64,000 nucleotides of DNA from assembly GCA_046716885.1 (NCBI GenBank), contig JBKJWL010000051.1:6489-70488 (forward strand), in the 5' to 3' direction. The DNA comes from Thermoanaerobaculia bacterium (GTDB lineage: Bacteria > Acidobacteriota > Thermoanaerobaculia > UBA5066 > Gp7-AA6). Both the position numbers and the translations under genes were made by a program. The notes beneath the pieces were generated by a model. The model did not search any database, was not told the DNA's origin, and saw only the letters and a program-made list of their open reading frames with translations. This document shows, in pieces, positions 10,052-18,297 of this stretch. Position 1 is the stretch's first letter; each line of letters begins with the position of its first letter.

Positions 10052-11167
10052 ATGCGCAAACTGGTTTTGTTTCTAGGATTGTCTTCCCTGGCGCTGGGTC
10101 TGGCGGTTGCCCAGGTTCCAAAGAAAGTCTCCACACCTGCCGTACAGAAAGGTGCCGCTCCGGCCCCAGCGGACCAGACGAAATGGAAGGCGGTTTGGGA
10201 GCCGGCCAATTACCCGAAAGACATCGACCTGCTCGATGTGACGTTCGTCTCCGCTGAAGAGGGCTGGGCGGTCGGCGACAAGAACACGATCCTGCACACT
10301 AAGGACGGCGCGAAAACGTGGGAGGTTCAGTTGGGCGGCGATCTGGAATCGAGCGACCGAGAGCTTAGGGAAGTCTTCTTCCTGGATGCCAAACACGGCT
10401 GGACGCGAGGCGCAGCCGAAAAGCTGGTGCGGACTACGAACGGGGGCGCCTCGTGGGAAGAGGTCGTCGGAAGGCTCTCGCAACATGAGCTTGCGTTGAA
10501 TTTCGTCTCTCCGCAGACCGGGTTTACTGCCGCTAGGGAAATCCGCCGCACCGACGATGGCGGCAAAACGTGGAAGCCGGTCCTTCGATGCGCAGTCAAC
10601 TTGCAGGTGGACGGGCTCGCGAGGAAGGTCGACTGTGATTTTAAAACCCTAACCTTCCCCAGCACCACTGTCGGCTACGCCGTCGGCCTCCTGCCCCTGG
10701 GACCCGGCAAAAGGGCTGTACTGGCTCGCACCAAGGACGGCGGCGCCACTTGGACCCTGTCCGCTCCCGAAAGCATGGAAGACAACGGCAGGCAGGGATT
10801 CTTCTGGAATGAGAACAGCGGCCTGGTCACGCTGCACGAGGGCAAGACTCTGATGACCACCGACGGCGGGGATAGCTGGAATGGGGTCGTAACCCCGTTC
10901 GGGGGTGAGCACGCGCACTACGCCATGGCCGGTGGCCAGTTGGGTGTCATCATCCAACCCCGGCAGATCGCGTATTCGACGAATGGTGGCCGCAGCTTCA
11001 GCTCCCGGGAATTCCCGGTGCCGGCAAATGTCAACGCCGTCGTGTTCCCGGACGCGAAACATGGTTACCTGGTCGGGGAGCACGGAATGATTTACCGCTA
11101 TCGCATCGTACCGGCGGACTACAACGTGAAGGGCATGATCCCAGCGCCGATGGCCGCCGCGAACTGA
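10052..11167 (+). CDS. Secreted BNR/Asp-box repeat beta-propeller protein (Ycf48/sialidase-like fold)
   Basis: ATG 10052 preceded by AAGGAG. Signal peptide MRKLVLFLGLSSLALGLAVAQ. Six SxDxGxTW-type Asp-boxes (TKDGAKTW, TTNGGASW, TDDGGKTW, TKDGGATW, TTDGGDSW, STNGGRSF). The first 195 codons of track ORF 9467..11167 overlap the cupin gene out of frame and were discarded. Confidence 0.8.
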   Translation: MRKLVLFLGLSSLALGLAVAQVPKKVSTPAVQKGAAPAPADQTKWKAVWEPANYPKDIDLLDVTFVSAEEGWAVGDKNTILHTKDGAKTWEVQLGGDLESSDRELREVFFLDAKHGWTRGAAEKLVRTTNGGASWEEVVGRLSQHELALNFVSPQTGFTAAREIRRTDDGGKTWKPVLRCAVNLQVDGLARKVDCDFKTLTFPSTTVGYAVGLLPLGPGKRAVLARTKDGGATWTLSAPESMEDNGRQGFFWNENSGLVTLHEGKTLMTTDGGDSWNGVVTPFGGEHAHYAMAGGQLGVIIQPRQIAYSTNGGRSFSSREFPVPANVNAVVFPDAKHGYLVGEHGMIYRYRIVPADYNVKGMIPAPMAAAN

Positions 11168-11272
11168 GTCCCCGGCGGAGCCTAAAGGGTGAGTCCTTTC
11201 ATGGCCGGAGGGCGGGTTGCCTGATCCGCGTGTGCATCGGAGTCGTGCCTGGCGGTTGTGGCTGAGAAACGG

Positions 11273-12445
11273 CTAGTCGCTTGGTGGTCTAGCCGCCGCT
11301 TCTAGCTCCACCACCTCCGCCCGGTCGCCCGCCCACTCGTTGCTGGCGATCACGTTGTAGGCCCCCACCGACCCGATCATCAGGAGATCCCCCTCCCGCG
11401 GGAGGCCGATCGCTTCCGACAGCGAGAGCACGTCGAGGCCGACGGGCAGCGGCCCGGCGACCTGGCTTCGGCGCGTGCGGCTGCCCCGGAAGGGAATCGG
11501 CCGGAACGGATGCTTGCCGCGCGGAACGAAGAAGGCGTGGGACAGGCGCGAGGCGTCCACGTACACCCGCTTCCCGCGGACGCGAACGACCCTGCTCACC
11601 AGATGAAAAGCGTCGGACGCCAGCGCCCGGCCGGGCTCCGCGAGCAGCCGCGCGCCCGGAAACGCCCGGGCCGCTTCGGTGGCGACCCGCCGGACGAAAC
11701 GCTCGAGCGGAGGCGCCTTCGGGGCCCGGCCGCGGGCATCCCGCCGCGCTTCCCCGGCGGCCGCGAAGCCCCCCCCGAGATCGAGCGCGCGGACCCGGAT
11801 CCCGAGCGAGCCGAGCCGATTCGCCAGTTCCGCGGCTTCCCGAACCGCGCTGCGATAGGGCGCCACCGATGTCAGCCCCGTCCCCAGATGAAACGCCAGC
11901 CCTTCAGGGGGCGCCTGCCGTTCCCGTACGGCGCGCCGCGCGACCGCGACGACCTCGTCCGCGGCCATCCCGAATCCCTGCTGCTCCGGCTGGCACGCCG
12001 CCGCCCGGAGGCGCAGCAGATATCGCTGTGTACCCCCGATCGCTCGGGCCCGGCCCAGGATCGCCTCCGCGTCTTCGGCGCTGTCGGCCACGATCCAGGC
12101 TCCGCACGCGAGCGCGCGGTCGAGCGACGAGGGATCCTTGGCCGGGCCCTGAAAGACGATGCGGCCTCCCGCAAGGCCCGCCGCGAGGGCCGCCGCGAGA
12201 TCCCGCAGCGAGGTCACTTCCGCGCCCAATCCCTCCCGCTCCACGGCCGCGAGGAGACCGGGGTGGCGGTTGCACTTCCAGGGATAAAAGACGTCGAGCC
12301 GGCCGATCTCGAGTGCGGCGCTTCTCAAGCGGCGGGCGCTCTCCGCCGCCGCCCCCGTGTCGAAGAGGTAGAACGGCGTCGGGCGGCCGCGGGCCAGCTC
12401 CGAGGCCGCGGCCAGGACTCTCCGGCTCAGTTTTCTCTCAGCCAT
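11273..12445 (-). CDS. PLP-dependent decarboxylase, Orn/DAP/Arg decarboxylase family 2 (alanine-racemase fold)
   Basis: 390 aa. PTPFYLFD, FYPWKCN (PLP-Lys context), LDLGGGF, EPGRALASD, SVGAYN. The start overlaps the ligase stop by 19 nt. Confidence 0.85.
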   Translation of the reverse strand: MAERKLSRRVLAAASELARGRPTPFYLFDTGAAAESARRLRSAALEIGRLDVFYPWKCNRHPGLLAAVEREGLGAEVTSLRDLAAALAAGLAGGRIVFQGPAKDPSSLDRALACGAWIVADSAEDAEAILGRARAIGGTQRYLLRLRAAACQPEQQGFGMAADEVVAVARRAVRERQAPPEGLAFHLGTGLTSVAPYRSAVREAAELANRLGSLGIRVRALDLGGGFAAAGEARRDARGRAPKAPPLERFVRRVATEAARAFPGARLLAEPGRALASDAFHLVSRVVRVRGKRVYVDASRLSHAFFVPRGKHPFRPIPFRGSRTRRSQVAGPLPVGLDVLSLSEAIGLPREGDLLMIGSVGAYNVIASNEWAGDRAEVVELEAAARPPSD

Positions 12446-13731
12446 CGCGACACGGCGGCGCGGTCGATCTTGCCGGCGGGAGTCCGGGGAAGCGCGCCGA
12501 CCCGCACGATCCTGCGGGGCCGCGCGAAAACGGGCAGGCGGCTCTCGACGTGCGCGCGGAGCGCCGCGAAGAGCGCGTCGGAGTGCCCGCGTACGACGAC
12601 CAGGACGCCGAAAGCGCGCTCGCCGGGCGCTGCCGCGACCTCGGCCACACCGGGATGCTCGGCGATCGCGGCTTCGACCTCCTCCGCACAGAGCACGCGG
12701 TCGCCCGCCGCCAGCGAGAACGCGAGCCGCCCGCGCACGTGGAGCTCTCCGGAGCCGTCCACATGCCCGACATCGCCGGTCTTGAGCCGTCCCCGCGCGT
12801 CGAAGGGTGACGGATCCTCGTCAGAGAGGTAGCCGGAGAAGACCGCCGGCCCGCTCAGCCGGATCTCGCCGGCCTCTTCGCCCGGCCGATCGGTCTCGTC
12901 GCTTCCGACGATCGAGACTTCGATTCCCGGAGCGATCTCGCCGCACGAGCCCGCCCGGCGGGGCCGGTCTCCCCGCTGGCGGGCGCCGAGTCCCGCCGAT
13001 TCCGTCATGCCGTAGCCCGAGCGGACTGGCACTCCCCGAACCGTCTCCACCGCATCGGCCGGAGTCTCCGGCAGGACTCCGCCGCCGCAACGCAGGGCGC
13101 GGAGCACCACGCGCGATGTGCCGCGCGCGGCGAGCGCCACCAGGGCGCTCGGAAGCAGGACCGCCGTCGCGCCGAGGTCCGCCGCCTCCTGGAGGGGGTC
13201 TCGCCTCGGCGTAAAGAACACGGCTTCCGCGCCCACGAGCAGGCCGTTGAGCGCCCCGCGCACGAACGCGAAGATCTGCGCCGGGGACAGGCCCACCGCG
13301 AGCCGGTCGGCGGGAGTCACGTCGCCCCAGGTCTCGAACGCGAGCGCCGCGGCAAGGAGGTTCGAGTCCGACAGGGGCACGGCCTTGGACGCTCCGACGC
13401 TGCCCGAGGAGAAGAAGACCGTCGCTCCCCCGGCCGGCCAGTCCGCTTCGCTCGCGGCGATCTCCCGCATGCGGCTCAGAGCGACAGGAGCCGACGCGGG
13501 ATGCGCGATTGCCCGCAGGCCTCGCGCGCGCGCCGCGAAAAAGTCGACCACGAAGCCGGCGGGATCGCTTCCCTCCAGACCAACCAGAGGGTCGCCGTCG
13601 CCGAAGGCTTCCGCGCGCCGGTCGATCGCATCCACCAGGGCTCCGTACGTCAGCCCCTGGCCACCGGCCCTGAGAGCCGGGCGTCCCGACTCCTTCCTCG
13701 CGATGTCCCGCAGGCGCGCCAGGAGGCTCAC
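12427..13731 (-). CDS. Adenylate-forming (AMP-dependent) acyl/aminoacyl ligase
   Basis: Track ORF 12427..13911. GTG at 13731 overlaps the upstream stop (GTGA) and gives 434 aa starting VSLLARLRDIARK. Adenylation motifs FFSSGSVGASK, SGYGMTES, LKTGDVGHVDGSGELHVRGR, LPRTPAGKIDR. Confidence 0.85.
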   Translation of the reverse strand: MSLLARLRDIARKESGRPALRAGGQGLTYGALVDAIDRRAEAFGDGDPLVGLEGSDPAGFVVDFFAARARGLRAIAHPASAPVALSRMREIAASEADWPAGGATVFFSSGSVGASKAVPLSDSNLLAAALAFETWGDVTPADRLAVGLSPAQIFAFVRGALNGLLVGAEAVFFTPRRDPLQEAADLGATAVLLPSALVALAARGTSRVVLRALRCGGGVLPETPADAVETVRGVPVRSGYGMTESAGLGARQRGDRPRRAGSCGEIAPGIEVSIVGSDETDRPGEEAGEIRLSGPAVFSGYLSDEDPSPFDARGRLKTGDVGHVDGSGELHVRGRLAFSLAAGDRVLCAEEVEAAIAEHPGVAEVAAAPGERAFGVLVVVRGHSDALFAALRAHVESRLPVFARPRRIVRVGALPRTPAGKIDRAAVSRWLREN

Positions 13732-14561
13732 CCGCGTCTCCGCGCGAAGCTCAGGTAGACGAGCCCGTCCAGATCGAGCGGCGCGGCCGCGGCGACCCGG
13801 TCGAAAAGGCGCGCGAAGGCCTCGAGCGCCCGGGAGGGATCGGACGGCAGCCGTTCCCCCACGGTCAGCCTCCAGCCCGCCTCCGGAAGCGTCAGGAACG
13901 CTGCCCGGCATGCTGCCCCGGCCGCGCGCGCCAGCCGAAAGGGGCGCGGGTCGAGCCGCACTGTCGCCCCCAGGAAGGGCGCCTCCGCGAAGGGCCCCTC
14001 CGGCAAGTCAGCGGCGACGATCAGGCTGCCCGCGCGCAGGGCGCGGGCCAACCCGTGGGGTCGCGTGGACGGGAGAGCGTGGGGAAAGTCGAGCGGATGC
14101 CGGCGATCGAAGATCGGATCGGATCGCGCCGAGACCGTGCGATCGAGATTGAGGCGACCGATGACCGAGGCGACCGGAACGCCGCGGGAGCGCAGAACGT
14201 AACGCAGCGCCTGGAGCGCCCCGACGTGGGCCGTAACGTAGACCGTGGGCTCCGGCCCCGGAAGCTCGCCCTCGAGCTCGGTCTTCCAGCGCCCCGTCGC
14301 GAGGGCGCGCGACGCCAGGCGCGCCAGCCGAGCGCGGCGGCGCGCCGCCAGCCGCCCCGGATCGGGCGGCACGCCCGGAAAGGCCTCCGCGATCTCCCGC
14401 CACTCCTCTTCGCCGATACCCGTCAGGACGCGCACGCGCTCGCGCCCGCGCGGCACCAGCCGTCTGAGCCAGGAGGACGCCGCCCGCGGCACGGAGAGCG
14501 GCATCAGGCGGCGGCCGCGGAGGCGAAGAGGTCCTTCGTTCGAATGTGCACCACGGACCAC
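13728..14561 (-). CDS. LpxL/HtrB-family (lipid A biosynthesis-type) acyltransferase-like protein
   Basis: 277-aa ORF with GTG at 14561; an alternative ATG is at 14504. VYVTAHVGALQALRYV (position of the H-x4-D/E region), ALRAGSLIVAADLPEG, APFLGATVRLDPRPFRLARAAGAACRAAF follow the LpxL-family layout. No N-terminal TM helix seen. Family assignment is by eye only. Confidence 0.55.
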   Translation of the reverse strand: MVRGAHSNEGPLRLRGRRLMPLSVPRAASSWLRRLVPRGRERVRVLTGIGEEEWREIAEAFPGVPPDPGRLAARRRARLARLASRALATGRWKTELEGELPGPEPTVYVTAHVGALQALRYVLRSRGVPVASVIGRLNLDRTVSARSDPIFDRRHPLDFPHALPSTRPHGLARALRAGSLIVAADLPEGPFAEAPFLGATVRLDPRPFRLARAAGAACRAAFLTLPEAGWRLTVGERLPSDPSRALEAFARLFDRVAAAAPLDLDGLVYLSFARRRG

Positions 14562-14571
14562 CGACTATGGA

Positions 14572-15270
14572 CTAAGGACTCCGGACGACCTTCGCCGCCT
14601 GGCTCGCCGCATTCAACGGGCCGGGGCCGAGATCGCGCTCGGGCAGGGGGATGTTCTCCGCGCGAAGGCGGTCCCGCTCGCCGCTGCCCGGGAGAACCGG
14701 CAGCATCGAGGCGTCGGCCGGAGGCGTCGTCCCGTCGCCCGGGTAGTACGGGCGGTAGCCGTAGCCGTGCCTGGCGATCTCCTCGGGTTTCTCCCGGAGG
14801 CGATCGATCGAGAAGACGGCGTCCTCGCGCGAAAAGAACACCATCTCGTAGTTGCGCGTCATCCAGATGGCGTCCTTGGGGCACGCGTCCACGCAGAATC
14901 CGCAGAAGACGCACCGAAGCATGTCGATGTCGAAGACGAGCGGGTACTTCTCGTACGCGAGCTTCGGGTGCTCGCCGGCCACGATCGTGATGCACTCGGC
15001 CGGACACGCCTGCTGGCACATGAAGCATGCCACGCACTTCAGCGTGCCGTCCTCACGGGTCTTCAAAATGTGCTTGCCGCGGAAGCGCCCGGAGTAGCCG
15101 CGCTTCTGCTCGGGGTAGAGAATCGTCGGGAGTCCCCGCATGTTGGCGAGGTTGCGCAGGAGATGGCGCATCGTCACCGCCATGCCCCGGAGGATCTCGG
15201 GAATGTAGAGCTTTTGCAGGAAAGTCAATTTTTCCGGAATCCGCCGGCTGACGTCGATCACGCCGCTCAT
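14572..15270 (-). CDS. nuoI: NADH:quinone oxidoreductase subunit I (2x[4Fe-4S] ferredoxin) with C-terminal extension
   Basis: ATG at 15270 overlaps the nuoCD stop (ATGA). 232 aa. CVACFMCQQACP and CVFCGFCVDACP cluster motifs. About 65 extra Pro/Gly-rich residues at the C-terminus. The rest of track ORF 14572..16632 is a shadow of nuoCD. Confidence 0.9.
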   Translation of the reverse strand: MSGVIDVSRRIPEKLTFLQKLYIPEILRGMAVTMRHLLRNLANMRGLPTILYPEQKRGYSGRFRGKHILKTREDGTLKCVACFMCQQACPAECITIVAGEHPKLAYEKYPLVFDIDMLRCVFCGFCVDACPKDAIWMTRNYEMVFFSREDAVFSIDRLREKPEEIARHGYGYRPYYPGDGTTPPADASMLPVLPGSGERDRLRAENIPLPERDLGPGPLNAASQAAKVVRSP

Positions 15271-16994
15271 CGGTCGAGCTCCCCCGCAATGATATTCAGC
15301 GTTCCCAGCGTCGCCACCGCGTCGGAGACGGTCCCGCCGACGACCATCTTCTCGAAGGCCGCCATGATCGGGAAGCACGGCGGGCGCACCTTCAGGCGGT
15401 ACGGTCCCCCGCGGCCGTCGGAGACCGCGTAGAACCCGAGCTCGCCGTTGGCGCCCTCGATCCACTCGTAGCGCTCCCCCGCGGGCACGCGGATCCCCTC
15501 CATAACGAGCTTGAAGTGATAGATCAGCGACTCCATGTCGTGGTAGACGGCGTCCTTCGGGGGCAGGACGACGCGCCAGTCGTCGGAGTTCACGGGCCCC
15601 TTCTCGGGCAGGATCTCGAGGGCCTGCCGGATGATCTTCAGCGACTGCCGCATCTCCTCCATCCGCACGAGGTACCGGGAGAAGTTGTCGCCGTCGTTGG
15701 CGATCGGAATGTCCCAGTCGAACCGGTCGTAGAAGTCGTAGGGCCGGGCCCGGCGCACGTCGTAGGGGACGCCCGACGCGCGCAGCATCGGCCCGGTCAT
15801 TCCCCAGCCGATCGCCTGCTCCCTCGTCACGATTCCCGTTCCCGCGAGGCGGTTGCGGACGATCCGGTTGTTGTCGACGAGCTTCTCGACGTCGGCGAGG
15901 AACTTCGGGATCGATTCCAGGAGACCGCGGCAGCGCACCGCAAAGTCGTCCGGCACGTCGATCGCCAGGCCCCCGACCCGGACGTAGGACACCGTCAGGC
16001 GCGCGCCGCAGCAGGCCTCGAGCAGATCGTAGATGCTCTCGCGGTTCTGGTAGAGGTAGATGAAGTTCGTGAGGGCGCCGATGTCCACGAGGTTCGCCCC
16101 GATGCAGACACAGTGGTCCATGATCCGCGAGAACTCGGAGAGGATCGTCCGGACGAGCTGCCCCCGCTCGGGGATCTCGACGCCGAGCATCTTCTCGACG
16201 GTCCTCACGTACCCGACGCCGTTGATCATGGCCGAGACGTAGTTGAGGCGGTCCGCGTACGGAATCACCTGGTTCCAGTGGTGCGTCTCGGCCATCTTCT
16301 CGAAGCACCGGTGGAGGTAGCCGATGTTGGTCTCCGCGCGCACGATCTTCTCGCCGTCCAGCCGCGCAATCAGGTGGATGATTCCGTGCGTCGCCGGATG
16401 CGAAGGGCCTATCGAGATCGTCTGCGTCTCGAAGTTCCCGGCTCTCTCGTCGGTGTTCTTGGCCCACTCGGGGGTCCGCATGTCCTCTTCGGCGAAGAAC
16501 CAGCGCTGTCCGGGCGCGTAGTCCTTGCGCAGCGCATGGCCCACGAAGGCGTCGTGGCAGAGCAGGCGGTAGAGGTTCGGGTGACCCGGGAAGTCGAAGC
16601 CGTAGAGGTCGTGGGCCTCCCGCTCGAACCACTCGGAGGCCGGATAGACGTCCGTCACGGTCGGAAGCGACGGGTTTTCATCGGGGAGCGGTACGCGCAC
16701 GCGGATGTGCTCGTTCTTCGAGAGCGAGTGCAGGTGGACGACCGCCTCGAAGCGCGTCTTCTGGCCCCGGCGCCGCAGGTTGTCGACGCCGCAGAGGTCC
16801 AGGAACAGGTCGTACTGGCAACCCGGATCGTCGCGGAGGAAGCGGGCGAGACCCGGCCAGTCCCCGGGCTCCACCTCGATCGTCGGCAGGTCGCGGTCGG
16901 CGACCGATGTCCGCGCCGCAATCGGCGAGTCGCCCAGACGCTCGCGGAGCTTCTCGGCCGCCGGCGAGAGGGTGGAGACCTCGGCGACCGTCAA
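15267..16994 (-). CDS. nuoCD: Fused NADH:quinone oxidoreductase subunits C and D
   Basis: An in-frame TTG at 16994 overlaps the nuoB stop (TTGA), giving 575 aa. NuoC part: [10 protein letters not shown] .. [23 protein letters not shown]. NuoD part: [24 protein letters not shown] .. [12 protein letters not shown] .. [11 protein letters not shown] .. RPPCF. Start codon choice is uncertain. Confidence 0.85.
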   Translation of the reverse strand: MTVAEVSTLSPAAEKLRERLGDSPIAARTSVADRDLPTIEVEPGDWPGLARFLRDDPGCQYDLFLDLCGVDNLRRRGQKTRFEAVVHLHSLSKNEHIRVRVPLPDENPSLPTVTDVYPASEWFEREAHDLYGFDFPGHPNLYRLLCHDAFVGHALRKDYAPGQRWFFAEEDMRTPEWAKNTDERAGNFETQTISIGPSHPATHGIIHLIARLDGEKIVRAETNIGYLHRCFEKMAETHHWNQVIPYADRLNYVSAMINGVGYVRTVEKMLGVEIPERGQLVRTILSEFSRIMDHCVCIGANLVDIGALTNFIYLYQNRESIYDLLEACCGARLTVSYVRVGGLAIDVPDDFAVRCRGLLESIPKFLADVEKLVDNNRIVRNRLAGTGIVTREQAIGWGMTGPMLRASGVPYDVRRARPYDFYDRFDWDIPIANDGDNFSRYLVRMEEMRQSLKIIRQALEILPEKGPVNSDDWRVVLPPKDAVYHDMESLIYHFKLVMEGIRVPAGERYEWIEGANGELGFYAVSDGRGGPYRLKVRPPCFPIMAAFEKMVVGGTVSDAVATLGTLNIIAGELDR

Positions 16995-17545
16995 GCGAGC
17001 TGTTCCGCAGCGAACTTCGCCGAGCGGCTGTCGCGCGACTTCTCGCCGGAGGCGATCTTCTTCTGCAGCTCGATGACCCCAAGGATGAGCTGCTCGGGAG
17101 TCGGCGGACAGCCCGGCACGTAGACGTCGACGGGAACGATCTCGTCGATGCCCTGGGTCACGTGGTAGGCCCGGTAGAAGCCCCCCGAGGAGGCGCAGAC
17201 CCCCATCGAGATGACCCACTTGGGCTCGGGCATCTGATCGTAGATCTTCCGCAGGACAGGGGCGAGCTTGTCCGTCACGGTGCCGGCCACGATGAGCAGG
17301 TCGGCCTGGCGCGGGGAGAAGCGGACGACCTCGGAACCAAAGCGGGAAATGTCGTAGTGCGAGGCCGCGACCGACATGAACTCGATCCCGCAACAGGCGG
17401 TCGCGAACGGGAATGGCCAGAGCGAGTTCTTCCGCGCCCAGCCGACCAGAACCTCCAGCCGGGTCACGAAGAAATCGGCGCCCGACGCCCCGCCGGGAGG
17501 AGGCGAGTGGGTGGGCAGAGAGCTCTTGCCGCCGAAGAGAGCCAT
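16991..17545 (-). CDS. nuoB: NADH:quinone oxidoreductase subunit B (N2 cluster)
   Basis: 184 aa. [32 protein letters not shown] cysteine ligand motifs. Confidence 0.9.
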   Translation of the reverse strand: MALFGGKSSLPTHSPPPGGASGADFFVTRLEVLVGWARKNSLWPFPFATACCGIEFMSVAASHYDISRFGSEVVRFSPRQADLLIVAGTVTDKLAPVLRKIYDQMPEPKWVISMGVCASSGGFYRAYHVTQGIDEIVPVDVYVPGCPPTPEQLILGVIELQKKIASGEKSRDSRSAKFAAEQLA

Positions 17546-17562
17546 CGAACCGGATTCTATTT

Positions 17563-17589
17563 CAAAAGCGGCGGCCCGGCCGCGGGCTG
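17563..17589 (-). terminator. Weak candidate intrinsic terminator between def and nuoB
   Basis: Minus-strand reading: GCGGC-CGG-GCCGC followed by CGCTTTTG. Only a 5-bp stem and a short T tract. Confidence 0.25.
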
Positions 17590-17599
17590 TCGAAGGGTC

Positions 17600-18115
17600 T
17601 CATCCAAAGTTGACCGTGTAGGCGAGACTCTTCATGTCGGGCATTCGGTCGAGGTAGACGAGGCCGTCCAAGTGGTCGATCTCGTGCTGCAGGACCCGCG
17701 CGTGGTATCCCGAGGCCTCGAACGCCACGGCCTTGCCGGAGCGGTCGAGAGCATCCACGCGGATCGCCTCGAACCGCGGCACGACGCCGCCCGACAGGAA
17801 CGGAACGGAGAGACAGCCTTCCGAGTCTTCTTCCATCCTCGTGCCGATCCCCTCGTAGCGCGCGTTGAAGAGAGCGGTCAAGGGCACGTCCGGCTCTTTG
17901 CGATTGCGACTCTCCGAGTGGACCTCGTAGAGGAAAACCCGCAGGGGAGTGAAGACCTGGGGGGCGGCGATGCCCGTACCGTCGTACTCACGCATCGTCT
18001 CCTCGAGGTCCGACAGGAAGGGCTCGTAGTCACCCCGCGCAACGGCTTTCGGGTCGACTTCCTGCGAGGGCTGGCGCAGGGTTTTCACGCCGAGCTTCGC
18101 GACCTTGAGGATCAT
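17600..18115 (-). CDS. def: Peptide deformylase
   Basis: 171 aa with the three signature motifs GIAAPQ, EGCLS, HEIDH. Confidence 0.9.
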   Translation of the reverse strand: MILKVAKLGVKTLRQPSQEVDPKAVARGDYEPFLSDLEETMREYDGTGIAAPQVFTPLRVFLYEVHSESRNRKEPDVPLTALFNARYEGIGTRMEEDSEGCLSVPFLSGGVVPRFEAIRVDALDRSGKAVAFEASGYHARVLQHEIDHLDGLVYLDRMPDMKSLAYTVNFG

Positions 18116-18154
18116 GCGCGAATCTTAACCGGGCTGCCGTGCCGCGGCGAGTTG

Positions 18155-18230
18155 TGGTGCCCAGGGACGGAATTGAACCGCCGACACAGGGATTTTCAGT
18201 CCCTTGCTCTACCAACTGAGCTACCTGGGC
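18155..18230 (-). tRNA. tRNA-Phe (anticodon GAA), CCA encoded
   Basis: Reverse complement folds by hand: GCCCAGG TA GCTC AGTTGGTA GAGC A AGGGA CTGAAAA TCCCT GTGTC GGCGG TTCAATT CCGTC CCTGGGC ACCA. Confidence 0.9.
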
Positions 18231-18257
18231 CCTGACCGCCGGCAAACCGGAGCGCGG

Positions 18258-18287
18258 AGTTTAGCGGAATCCGGGGGACGGGGGCAA
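18258..18287 (-). promoter_or_regulatory. Candidate sigma70-type promoter for tRNA-Phe (TTGCCC-N18-TAAACT)
   Basis: Minus strand: TTGCCC (18287..18282), an 18-nt spacer, TAAACT (18263..18258). This lies about 27 nt upstream of the mature tRNA 5' end. Confidence 0.35.
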
Positions 18288-18297
18288 CGGGGAGGGC

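Noticed and set aside
14572-16632. 686-aa ORF in the track that would make a giant NuoI
   Set aside because: Only the last 232 codons (from ATG 15270) look like NuoI. The upstream 450 codons are an out-of-frame overlap of nuoCD with junk composition.
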